DNA of 64,000 nucleotides from the NCBI GenBank assembly GCA_002269645.1, contig NIVC01003546.1, positions 1-64,000 on the forward strand, read 5' to 3'. Positions 1 through 10,668 of the stretch are shown here, in pieces. Every line of letters begins with the position of its first letter. Position 1 is the stretch's first letter. The DNA is from Macrostomum lignano (lineage: Eukaryota). The notes beneath the pieces were generated by a model. It was given only the letters and a program-made list of their open reading frames with translations. It had not been told where the DNA came from and searched no databases. The position numbers and the translations under genes were made by a program.

Positions 1-1383
1 AGGTAAGTCATTTCACAGCGTGGCGCAGGTTGTGTAGGCGTCTGGCGTACTTAAGCCATGCGCTGCAATAGGGCTATGGAATGAAAGCCAACTACTATTA
101 TATCTTAATGTCATTAGATTAAACATGAGAATTCAATGTTTGACATTTTGTATTGAAGTTGCTATTCTGACTGCCTTATGTTTTGAGGCCCACGGAGGTA
201 CTGGAGATAGACATTGAGGGGGATCACTACAGAATCATTATTATAGTTGACAATGGCTTATTAGTTGAAGAAGATGAATTGGCTCTATATAGCAAAGTAG
301 ATAGACTGTCAGACATCTTGCCTAGGCCTAGCTCATTTGGCCTTTCACTTGCAATTAGTTTAGTAAACTAAAAAAAGTTTGCATAAGTTTCAAATGTTAC
401 TTTGGCTATTTGTATATTAATTTTAAGGTGGCATTATTGCATAGGCCTATTGATTGGCAAGTTGCATATGGCAGAAATTCTCATTATCTTGTCTCACTTG
501 TTGGCTAGACCATATAATATTATAACATAGGCTTAACTATATAGTTTGCTAGGACAAGATAGGCCAGTCTGATGACTAGGCCTAGCTTTATTTTTTGTGC
601 AATAGGGATATTATAGCTATACATAGATAGGCCTATATAGCATATTTTGACTTTTAAAATTGCATCTTTTAAATGGATTGGACCTTGTTTGCAAATTCTG
701 CATCTTAGCATCCTGCCCTGCCCTATGCTTTCACACTGTATTGAGGCATTGCACTTGAATTGCTACCAGATTATAACACTCCTATGCCATGCCACTAGGC
801 TTACCATTTGCATTGCATTGCCATTGGGTCGACTCGACCTAGAGCTAGAGAAAGGGACTCCTGGCCCCTGGTGGGTCGCGCTGCCCACCTATATCTTTAA
901 GTAGGCTTAAAGACCTATGGTAGGCCTAAGGCCCTAGGGCCTAGCCGTCTAGGCCTGACTATTTATGGCTACGATTCTATGAATGAAATTTTAAAGCTAG
1001 CTAAATTATTGCCAAATGCAGATGAACGCTTATAATAATAGGCACTAGGCTTAGGCTAGCTAGGGACTAGGCCAGGTAGGCCTATTATGGCCAATAGTAT
1101 AGCCTGCTCTACTACTGGTATAGCCAATAGGCCCTAGGCCTATGTTATTCTTATAAATAATAGTTATAATACACGAATCTTTAAATTCTTAGTATAGGCC
1201 TAGTCAAATTTAGAGTCAAATGTAGCTCGAACACAACATAGGCCCGTAGCTTTAGTTTAAGATAGGACTTAAGCTAAGAATCTGAACTTTTTTAACTTCA
1301 ACAAAATCCACATAACCTCGTCATACTACGACATATATACGGATCCATAAATTTAAAAATGTTACAATGGGTAAAGTAAAGGT

Positions 1384-1408
1384 GGGTGGGGCCGTGGGTG
1401 GGGGTGGG
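1384..1408 (+). other. G-quadruplex-forming motif
   Basis: gggtggggccgtgggtgggggtggg: five G-runs of 3 or more with 1-4 nt loops. Confidence 0.5.
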
Positions 1409-1765
1409 TATATGATAATGTGCGCGTGCCCAATGGGACTTGGAATGGGAGTGGTCGGCTATTTACCACTGTTACCCCTGGCCCTGACTTTGGATAGAAA
1501 ATTACTTTATGATTGTTGAGCGAGCGACGTACGCAACCGACCAGCCAGGTGGTTCCTTAGGTTCCGCGTCTCCTCCATGACCGCACAGTCTTGCTGTCTT
1601 TCTTCTTTAGAGCGGAAAAAATCGATAGTACTATCAATGTTACGAGCGTTCTATTAAAAATAATTTAGCTGTATTGTCAAATTGAATCTAAACGATTAAT
1701 ACGACCGTTTTAGCCAGATCGTTTAGTATTACTGTATTAGAATTAGATTTCCAACCAGCTGTAAC

Positions 1766-1957
1766 CAGGGGCGTAGCCAGGAATTTCCTTCAGGGGGGGG
1801 ATACACCAAGGTGAATTTTCTACGGGGGGATACACCAAGGTAAAAGTGCTATGACAGAGTCACATGGTAGCATGTATAGCAACAAAGGGCAACAAAAAAG
1901 TTTTGGTCAGGCTCTTCGGGGGGATACATCCCCCTATCCCCCCTCCCTACGCCCCTG
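1766..1957. mobile_element. 192-bp non-autonomous DNA transposon (MITE), hAT-like
   Basis: Perfect 11-bp TIRs CAGGGGCGTAG (1766-1776) and CTACGCCCCTG (1947-1957). Perfect 8-bp TSD GCTGTAAC at 1758-1765 and 1958-1965. Internal ggggggatacaccaagg occurs twice. An 8-bp TSD is typical of hAT (also P) elements. Confidence 0.85.
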
Positions 1958-2040
1958 GCTGTAACCACTGAAACAAGAATGGGAAGTTTGCCTGTGCCTG
2001 TAGCAAGTACTTGTAGCATGGCTAGAATCTTAATTTTGGT

Positions 2041-2182
2041 CAAGGGGGGTCGACTAGAGGGAGCATTGGGGTCAAATAATTAAGGTGTTAAGCCCCCCTC
2101 AGGAATATCTCTTGGAAATAAATATCTCAGGAGTATCAGGAATTTAAGCCCCCCTCGCCCCGCCGCTGGGACTCCGCCACTG
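2041..2182. mobile_element. Truncated related MITE (right end only)
   Basis: Ends in ctccgccactg, the reverse complement of a CAGTGGCGGAG-type terminus, with G/C runs like the neighbouring MITE. No matching left TIR found. Confidence 0.35.
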
Positions 2183-2794
2183 TAAACAAGGAAATCTCAT
2201 CAATGTAGATTTTGAAAACAGTGCTGCTCAAACTATATTGAGCAAGCTAATGATAAGCGCACCTGAAATTCGACTTTATTTTCCGTAATTTTGTTACTTG
2301 TCTTCATATATTTTACAGAAATATGAAAATATAAAAAGCAGACTGACTGATATAATTCACAATTGAAAATAAAATACAAGAAAAAAGTATATCTGAAGGG
2401 GTGCATGCACAAAAGAGAACAAAGTGGGACATTGTACAACATACTACTTACACACAATTTGCGCGATCCTTTGTTCCCAATTAATTGTGCCTATGCGCTG
2501 CACATGCTATAGACTGACCTAGCTGTCAATGCGGAAAATCTCAAATAAATGCAAAAACAGATATTACACGACTCGATGATCTTGTTTAAAGTTTTCGTTG
2601 CTCCCAGTTAAATTCAGAATGCTGGGCACTGCACTACACACTCACTATAGCTTAATTGTATCTTAACGAATAGTTGCCATCGAAGATTTAGATCTCAACA
2701 ACTTATTGAGTTAATTAGTTGTTCATCCTAAAATGAAAGTTTCGGGTACCTCCTATCCAGCTCTAAGGCTGGATGATTAAATTTCGATCAATAA

Positions 2795-5700
2795 TTAAAT
2801 TTCAAAGTACAGTTCGGAATCGCTGAACTGCAAGCCAACGCTGCCAGCTGAAACTCCTCTCTGCTCTCCAATGATGGCACCTCTGCCTCGGCCTCCGCGA
2901 CCGCCCTGGCCTCGTCGACCGCCCTCCTGAGTGGACTCAACGTCTGCAACAGCTCGAGCTGAGGGGGCGACGCCTGCGCCGCCGAGTGTGGCGAGTTGGA
3001 CCACGCCCGAGGTGGCGGCAGAGCACTGGCGCGAGGTCTGCGACGAGGTTGTTGGCGTGGTGTCCTCGCTACGCGGCCGGACCTGCATCCGGGGCCTGTT
3101 GAGTTTATGTTTCATGGTAACCAGTACTATCACCAGGATGAATCCGATGAGCAGGAGGCCGCCCACCACCGAGCCGATGACCACTTCCATCAATGGGAAA
3201 CTGCTTTCATTGCTTTCTCCAGTGTAGTACCTGTGTTGGGAAGTAAATTGTTTACACTAATAAATAATCTGCCGAGCTCGTTGAGTTCACCAATTTCAAC
3301 TCCTTAAGTCACTTATTTGAACACCCTGAGTCACTCATTTGAACTCCTCGAGTCACTGATTTGAACTCCCTGAGTCAGAGTCACTGATTTGAACTCCCCG
3401 AGTCACTCATTTGAGCTCCCTGAGACACTCATTTGAGCTCCCTGAGTCACTCACTCATTTGAGCTCTGAGTCACTCATTTGAACTCCCTGAGTCACTGAT
3501 TTTAACTCCCTGAGTCACTGATTTAAACTCCCTGAGTCACTGATTTGAACTCCCGAGTCACTGATTTGAACTCCCTGAGTCAGAGTCACTGATTTGAACT
3601 CCCCGAGTCACTCATTTGAACTCCCTGAGTCATTCACTCATTTGAGCTCCCTGAGTCACTCATTTGAACTCCCCGAGTCACTGGCTTTAACTCCCTGAGT
3701 CACTGATTTGAACTCGCCGAGTCATTGATTTGAACTGCCCGAGTCACTGATTTGAATTCCCTGAGTCACTCATTCGAGCTGCCTGAGTCACTCATTTGAA
3801 CTCCCTGAGTCAGTCACTGATTTGAACTCCCCGAGTCACTGGTTTGAACTCCCTGAGTCACTCATTTGATCTCCCTGAGTCACTCATTTGAGCTCCCTAA
3901 GTCACTCATTTGAGCTCCCTGAGTCACTCATTTGAGCTCCCTGAGTCAGAGTCACTCATTTGAGCTCCCTGAGTCACTCATTTGAGCTCTCTGAGCCACT
4001 CATTTGAGCTCCCTGAGTCACTCATTTGATCTCCCTGAGTCACTCATTTGAGCTCCCTAAGTCACTCATTTGAGCTCCCTAAGTCACTCATTTGAGCTCC
4101 CTGAGTCACTCATTTGAGCTCCCTGAGTCACTCTTTTGAGCTCCTTGAGTCACTCATTTGAATTCCTGAGTCAATGAATCAAGGTCGCTACGGAAGTTAG
4201 CATTTCTTATCGCAAAATAGCTTCTACTCACTCAACAGACGTGGCAGAATACTCAACTCCGTCGACTGTCACAACGAACGCACCGGAATTAACCTTCGTC
4301 CTAATCAGATTTAGTTTGCTGCTTGCATCCACTGAGGGAGAGATGATATTCAAGTTTTATTTTCATATTTTTGACAGCTGTCGTGTTTTTAATATACTAC
4401 TTATAGTAGTCAGTATAGTGCAACTCACTGCTTGGATCGGAATTCTCCCAATTTGCGATGACAGATCCAGGCTTCACCTCTATGACCGATATCTGATAGA
4501 TTGAAATGCGAAACGCTTCCGCCAACGCCTTCTGCAGTAAGACTTTGAAATCCTTAATCAGAGCCTTGTCTACGAGCTGATAATAGTCCATCTTTTCAAA
4601 CTTAATCGTGAATTTCACGGTTGGATCTGTGGAGAAAGTTCAGTTGTAGTTTGATTTGTATAATAATAATGCTATCTAAAGCAGAACTTAGGGCTATATT
4701 GTGTTGTAAATTATAATAGAGAATAGTATTTTGGCATAATTATTTCAGCAAAAAAATCTTGATAATGCAGCTAAAATAATTTGAATATATATTAAGCTTG
4801 TTTAAAAAGTTAGAACTCATACGGCTCGTACAACTTGAAAATGTGCACATGATAGAGGTTAAACCAAGACCAAGCTAAAAACGACTAAATAGGAGCGTAT
4901 ATCGACTTAATTGAGCGCAGAGTTAGCACGTCAGACATCGGCTACTGCAATGTTATACTTTTGTTATAATAATGCTCTGTTACTCTGCATGTGTTATAGT
5001 ACTCTCGAGTTCAAACAAAAATGTTACAGTTCTACATCTATCTGATCTTGCTAATTGACTCTCACATTTTTCTTGCAAAGGTGTCGTCAGCTGCTGGCTC
5101 TTCTTCATGGGATGAATCGAAACAGTCCTGAATTGAGCCTGAATTACTGATGCAGTTAGGAAAATAGTTGCTCGCCTATAGCGCCTAGCCAGCAATCTCA
5201 TTTAAATTTACAAAGAATTGCTTGTGAAAAAAGCTCAAAAGCTATTTTTCGTAAAGCGCAGAAGCTTTCCACGAAAGGAAAATGGATTTGAAAATAGAAC
5301 CAGGCCATTCGATTGCTTACTTGGAGTGGTTTCCATGGAAGACGGGGGAACTGTGGAGGCCGTTGTTGAAATGCTATTTTTAGCGCCACCGGTAGTAGAA
5401 GCAGAGCCCGCACCTGTGCTGGGAATTCTATCAATGGTAGTAGTGTCGCTGTCGCTTTTGCTTATGCCGATTTCTATTGTGCCTGACGAGGCTGTTTCAG
5501 CGATGCTGACTGTGCTGCCGACAGCTCCCTGCTGCCACGGAAATCCGGACAGAAGATCCAACACGGAGGACTGGCGCGGACAGACTAGACTGATGTGAAC
5601 GCAGATAAGTTGGACTCCGTCGCCAAATTCAACCTGAGCAGGTCTGGACTTAAAAGAGTCCGATAAGCAGGTGACTTGGAAGCCGTTACGCGTCACTGCA

Positions 5701-7367
5701 TAAGAGGCGTCACTGGCATCGGGCTCTGCTGGGCACGCAACCGACAGGCACTCTGTCCAGCTCCTGTTCTGGCTTCGTATTTGTAGACTGCGCCAATTAC
5801 CAGTTAGGTTGCACAATTCAGTATCTCTTGGCAGAACAGCGCTGCAATTTGAATTAGAAATGACACCGCAGCTACCAACGGACTTGTGCGAATGGTCCGG
5901 TCTTGAAGCGGAGCTTGATTCTGCGTCAGCCGAGCAAAACATTGAATTCGACTGCGATGGCCCCGAAGTTGGACAGCTCCACGAGAACCAACAACCGGCG
6001 CGACGGCCCCAAGAAAATCGATCGGCAAGTGAATAGTTGACGGTGTACCATCCTGAATCCTCAAGAAGCGCCAGGGTGCCCTCGTCCAGACAGGAAACGC
6101 CAGTTGAAACCGGAGCTGATGAGAGAACAGACGGAAACATAAAAACCGGATGCCACGCGCCAGAATTTGTCCCTGGCGCCAGCGGCACGCCGATACTACA
6201 GTTGAAATGCCGCTCAGCAAAGCTCTGGACTGACGCAGTTCGCACGAATGAGATGCCATTCTGCCTGACAAGTATGTCACGCTCTTGCAGAGTCTCCCAA
6301 GTGCCCAGCTCAGAAGGCGACGACTTCATCAATCTTTGAAATTCGGTCATCAGATTTCGAGAAAATCCCAGCATTCGAACTAATCCGGCCAAAATCTGTT
6401 GCAAAAGTCGGCCAGACCGAGAGGCCAGCTCAGAGTCAATCAGTCGAGGACACACGCGCAGAAGTCCTGCCACTGGCCGCCGGACCATCCATTGTTGCGA
6501 GCACTCTGTCCCTGTTATATCTCGAGCCTGCCAATAGTGAAGATGCAAACTTGATTACCGGATCAAGCCGACTCAGAATGTAAAGAATTGGATGCTGAAG
6601 ACACAATAACCAAGCCAACTCACAGATTCCGCACTGCAGAAGCTGCTCTGTTGGGTAGCAACAAAGAGAATGAAATTTGCGCCTGCTTCACCACCCGAAC
6701 CAGCTGGATTAATAATCACTTTTGAGCTGTTGTAGACGGCAATTTCCGAGAGATATTCCTGAGGTATCTGTTGACCGATGTCGATAATGATCATTAAACT
6801 TCGGAACGAAAATACTTTGTCCATATTTAGTAACAAATTCAAGATCAGGTACACAAATGACCTTCAGTTATGCATTAGCTCACTTACACGAAAAGTGTTG
6901 TCTGCTGAGCAGACCTCGCCTGTACTCATGTAGGTCTCATTTAACAAGCTGCACCTGTCACTTTCCATCCATTGTGAACAATAGGAGCGAGATCTGTTTA
7001 GCCGTATTGCTTGTCCAGGGTTTAAATCGATTACTGAAATTATCGATCGATACTGATTGGCTCGGTGGGCTCCAAGTTATCAAAGGAATTCAATAAAAAT
7101 CAATGGCCTGAGTTACAAACCTCTCAGCAAAGCTTCAAGCCGGCTTGCTGCCACTCGGACGGTTTCCCTGAGCAGGTAATCCTGCTCACTACTAAGCCCA
7201 GCATTGTCGAAGACTTTCTGAATGCTCAGCTGAGGCCAGTTGGCATCCGTCAGAGGCTTCGCCCATCGCACGCAGCAGCACAGGCACAGCAGTAGCAGTT
7301 GCAGAGCCACACTTCGCGACACCGGCAGCAGTGGCAGCAGCGACGGTGTCGACAGCCTGACGGCCAT
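2795..7367 (-). CDS. Type I membrane protein: signal peptide, catalytically dead leishmanolysin (peptidase M8)-like domain, S/T linker, SEA-like domain, TM helix and tail (about 792-819 aa)
   Basis: Phase-consistent exons: 7367-7121, 6814-6624 (acceptor weak), 6527-5321, optional 5146-5066, 4626-4429, 4331-4232, 3230-2795. M8 hallmarks: RPVAGLLRVCP and TLALLEDSGWYTVNYSLADRFSWGRRAGCWF. The HExxH position reads AGLVRMLGFS. SEA-like segment VKFTIKFEKMDY...ISVIEVKPGSVIA. TM segment VVIGSVVGGLLLIGFILVIVLVTM. Confidence 0.8.
3305..4172. repeat. Intronic minisatellite, about 22-bp unit gagtcactcatttgagctccct, about 39 copies
   Basis: Tandem array filling the last intron of the M8-like gene; most units contain TGAGTCA. 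Confidence 0.95.
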
Positions 7368-8853
7368 TCAAGGCGGAATTTGCAGCCTCGACATTCGGTG
7401 CGTCCTCTTGTGTCACGCTTCTCCGGAAGCTCCCCGACTCGTCGGTATTAATTATGTCTGCTTCTTCTGCCAAGAAAGTTTGCCCAACGGTGTCTTCTGT
7501 AGATTGTCGGGTATAATTGTAAGGCTTACAATAAAAAAGACTTGCGAGCGCCGCCAGGAAGAGGGGGCACCCCCGGCCCAATGTCAGCTTGTTAACGTGC
7601 GCGAGGCGACCCCATGGTTGTCATAACGCAACCAAAACAGAATGAGAATGTCCAACTGGGCCTGTACACCTGGGCCGGGGCAGCCCCCGCTCACCAGGGT
7701 TACTCAGTCAACAAACTCATCTAGATGCTCAGCAAGTGCGCGACAATCTCTCTCCAGCGCGAACCACCCCTTCTTTTCCTCTCTTCTCTTCTTACCTGCC
7801 CGGGCGCACGGGAAGCACCCACTTGGCATTGGGTGTACAGAGAACGAACTTTACGTTGACTGCTCTGCTTTCAGTGTACTTAAAAATTGCCTGCTTTTTA
7901 TCTTGCTGAGTGCATTTCTAGATAGCCTTCTCCTACCTAAGCAAAAACCTCTACGCTTTGGGACAGAATTTGCTTCCAGTGGGGTTGGCTCTCCGGAGTT
8001 CTGTATTGTCTTTCGTCTAAATACTTAGTTATGCAAGCAATTCTTGAACTCAGACTCCAAGTTTTCGCTTTACGTGTATATTTGCTTTCGTACGAGCGTA
8101 CTCCGCAGCTGTACTCAGTGTTTACTCATTTGAACCCCGAACTACTCATATCCCGTACTCTCCTTGGCAGCAGAGTAAAATCTGGAGATTATTATAGATT
8201 TTAAACAGCTGAATAAAGTTTTAACCTGTACAGGTTTCTGCTAATAAAGGCTTAGAAATGAACAATATACACTGTAATGCTGTATATAGTCTCAGAAAAA
8301 CCAACCGAAGAGAATAACTTGGTACTTCATACCTGCATTATGCATCAAATACGTGTGTTTAGGAGCACTTGAACACCTCTATATGCTATGTGTACCAAAA
8401 GAGTCGAATCTAAAGCAAATTAATTCAAATTATGTCAAACAATTTCATGAATATGAATTTCATTTTGATTCCACACAGATGATATAATCATGCGTGGCGC
8501 GGCTAATTGAAAATTACTATAGAGGCCGATATTAGTTGTTAGAATTATTACATGTACATGTACAGTGACTTCAAACAAAATAAATTATCAAATTTTTCAA
8601 CTATAGCTAGTCGCTTATGTACTGGTAATCTCTACTGGTATACATGTACATATGTAATTATTAGCTATCGTACATGCGCGCATGACATCCAAGGACCACT
8701 GTATATAAATTTATATACAGCTGTGGTCCTTGACGACATCATCAGTGACATGCATGCAGTAATTATGTATGAAAATTTCTGCTATTAACAAAAGACTGCG
8801 CAGTAACAAAATGTTACAGCTGCATACGGATGCGACTACATATGTTATATGTA

Positions 8854-10668
8854 TGTAACGCGCGGTATTTGGCAGTGTAAAAATTAACGAAGGCCCCGTA
8901 GGGCAGTGATGGTTATATTTATGCGAGTCAACGATGTACATAGAGATAGCGAACGTACATTACAATTATTCAGCAAAATATTTGTCAATAAGATACCAGT
9001 TCAATGACTGCCAATAAGGCAAGGAATAAAACCATTACATTTCTCCCCCCCGCGAAACAAGAAAAAAACCGGAGGGAATTAAAACAGTAAACACGTCAGC
9101 AATATGAATCGTAAAATTGAAACGCAGAACCTTTTAAAAAGCATGCATTCACAGTCTCTGACAGTCCATCACTCTCAGATCACTAAGTGCTCACACCAAA
9201 GAAGTCCGGAGGCCGTCGCTCCCGCTCTGGGTACCGCCGCTCGGCCTGGCTGGGCTCCGGTGCGAACTGGTGGGTCAGCGGCTGCTGGCGGAGCTGGACA
9301 GAGTCGGGCTGGGCTGCGAACCGCCTGCGCAGCCGGTTCACGTGCACCCAGCGGACCGGCCGGCTGCCGAAGGCGCGGCGGATGCACACCGAGTGGCCGC
9401 GCTGCTCAAGCACCGTCCAGCCCGCGGCTCCCAGTAGGGCGCCAGCTTCGAGCGCCGCGTCTCGATGCTGAGCAGCACCTCGGCGCCTTGCGGGAACTGC
9501 GGCAGGTCCGTAGCCTTCTTGTCGTGAGCCGCCTTCTGCTGCTGCCCGGCGGCTACCAGGTTCTCCTCGACGAACTCGCGGATCCGGGCCAGCCGCCGCT
9601 CCAGCTGTGCCGAGTAGGTGCCGATGTCGAACTGCCGCTCGCTGCTCTGAAACTGCGGCGGGAGCTGCGGGTCGCGGCCGGTCATCACCGTCATCGGCGC
9701 CACCTTGGTTGAGCTGTGGACCCTGGAGTTGTAGGACAGGACCACCAGCGGCAGCTGCTCCTCCCAGCTGGACTCGGTCTCGGCGAACAGCCTCAGCAGT
9801 TGCAGCAGAGACTTGTTGCCGCGCTTCAGTCCATTTCCCTGCGGATGATACGGTGTGGTGCGCGTCTTTCTGATGCCCAGAGCTCGCAGCGTCTCCTGGA
9901 ACAGCTCGCTCTCGAAGTTCACGCCCTGGTCCGAGTGGATGATGGACGGGACTCCGAGCAGGGAGAAGACCTTCACTGCAGCGTCCGCAATGGTCTTGGC
10001 GGTCTGATCTGGCATCGGCACGGCGGTCAGGAACTTGGAGAACTGGTCCTGCATCACCAGTAGGTAGCTGTTGCCTCGGTCTGATGTCGGCACCTTCAGC
10101 ACATCGATCGCCACCGTCTGCCAGGGCTTGCCGATCGGCATCTCACCGAGTGGGGCTGCGGGCCGGTGCTGCGCCTTTTTCAGCTGGCAGGTCTGGCACT
10201 CCTGGCAGAAACTCACCACGTCGCTCTGCATCCCAGGCCAGTACGCGGTCTGCTTCAGCGTGTTGGCCATTTTCTCCGGTCCGAAGTGGCCACCGATGCC
10301 CTCGTGAAAGTCAGTGAGGAACTGGCGCCGCAGCGACTCCGGAATCACAGGCACCTTCCTCGGTCCCGCAGCGTCGTTGAAGGCGCAACAGAGAAGGCCG
10401 TCTTAAATCCGCAACTTCCGCCAGATGCGTTTGCGGTTGCCGCATCTCTCGGTTGGACACCTGCGGTTGCCGCATCTCTCGTTGGACACCTGCGGCTGCA
10501 GCTCTGTTGCCGAGGCTCCAAGCGTCTCGCAATGGCCCTCGTGCATCTTCGACAGGCCGACCGCCTCCACGTTGTCGACGCCCTTTGTGTACTTGATGGT
10601 GAAGGTGATTTCCAATTCCAATAATATTGGCAATAACTGCCAATAAGGCAAGGAATAAAACCATTACA
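8854..10668 (-). mobile_element. Internally deleted Gypsy/Ty3 LTR retrotransposon (1815 bp)
   Basis: 3' LTR 9039-8854 (TGTAA...TTACA) is preceded by a PPT gcgggggggagaaa (9040-9053). A 38-bp 5' LTR remnant at 10668-10631 is 37/38 identical to the 3' LTR start. 4-bp TSD TGTA at 8850-8853 and 10669-10672. The interior is the RNase H tail plus integrase. Confidence 0.85.
9183..10651 (-). pseudogene. Degenerate Gypsy pol fragment (RNase H C-terminus and integrase)
   Basis: FTIKYTKGVDNV (end of RNase H); HHCC finger HEGIGGH...CQECQTC; IAIDVL and IIHSDQG catalytic Asp motifs; C-terminal HVNRL and RYPERERRPPDFF. Lesions: in-frame TAA at 10403-10405, NGLKRGNK where NGLVERxN is expected (catalytic Glu lost), and a frameshift near 9420. 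Confidence 0.9.

Noticed and set aside
1-10. Perfect donor AG|GTAAGT at the window start
   Set aside because: No upstream context and no downstream plus-strand exon identified.
9007-9040. 34-bp direct repeat with 10636-10669, first read as a long target-site duplication
   Set aside because: It follows a PPT and starts TGTAA, so it is the LTR start; the true TSD is TGTA.
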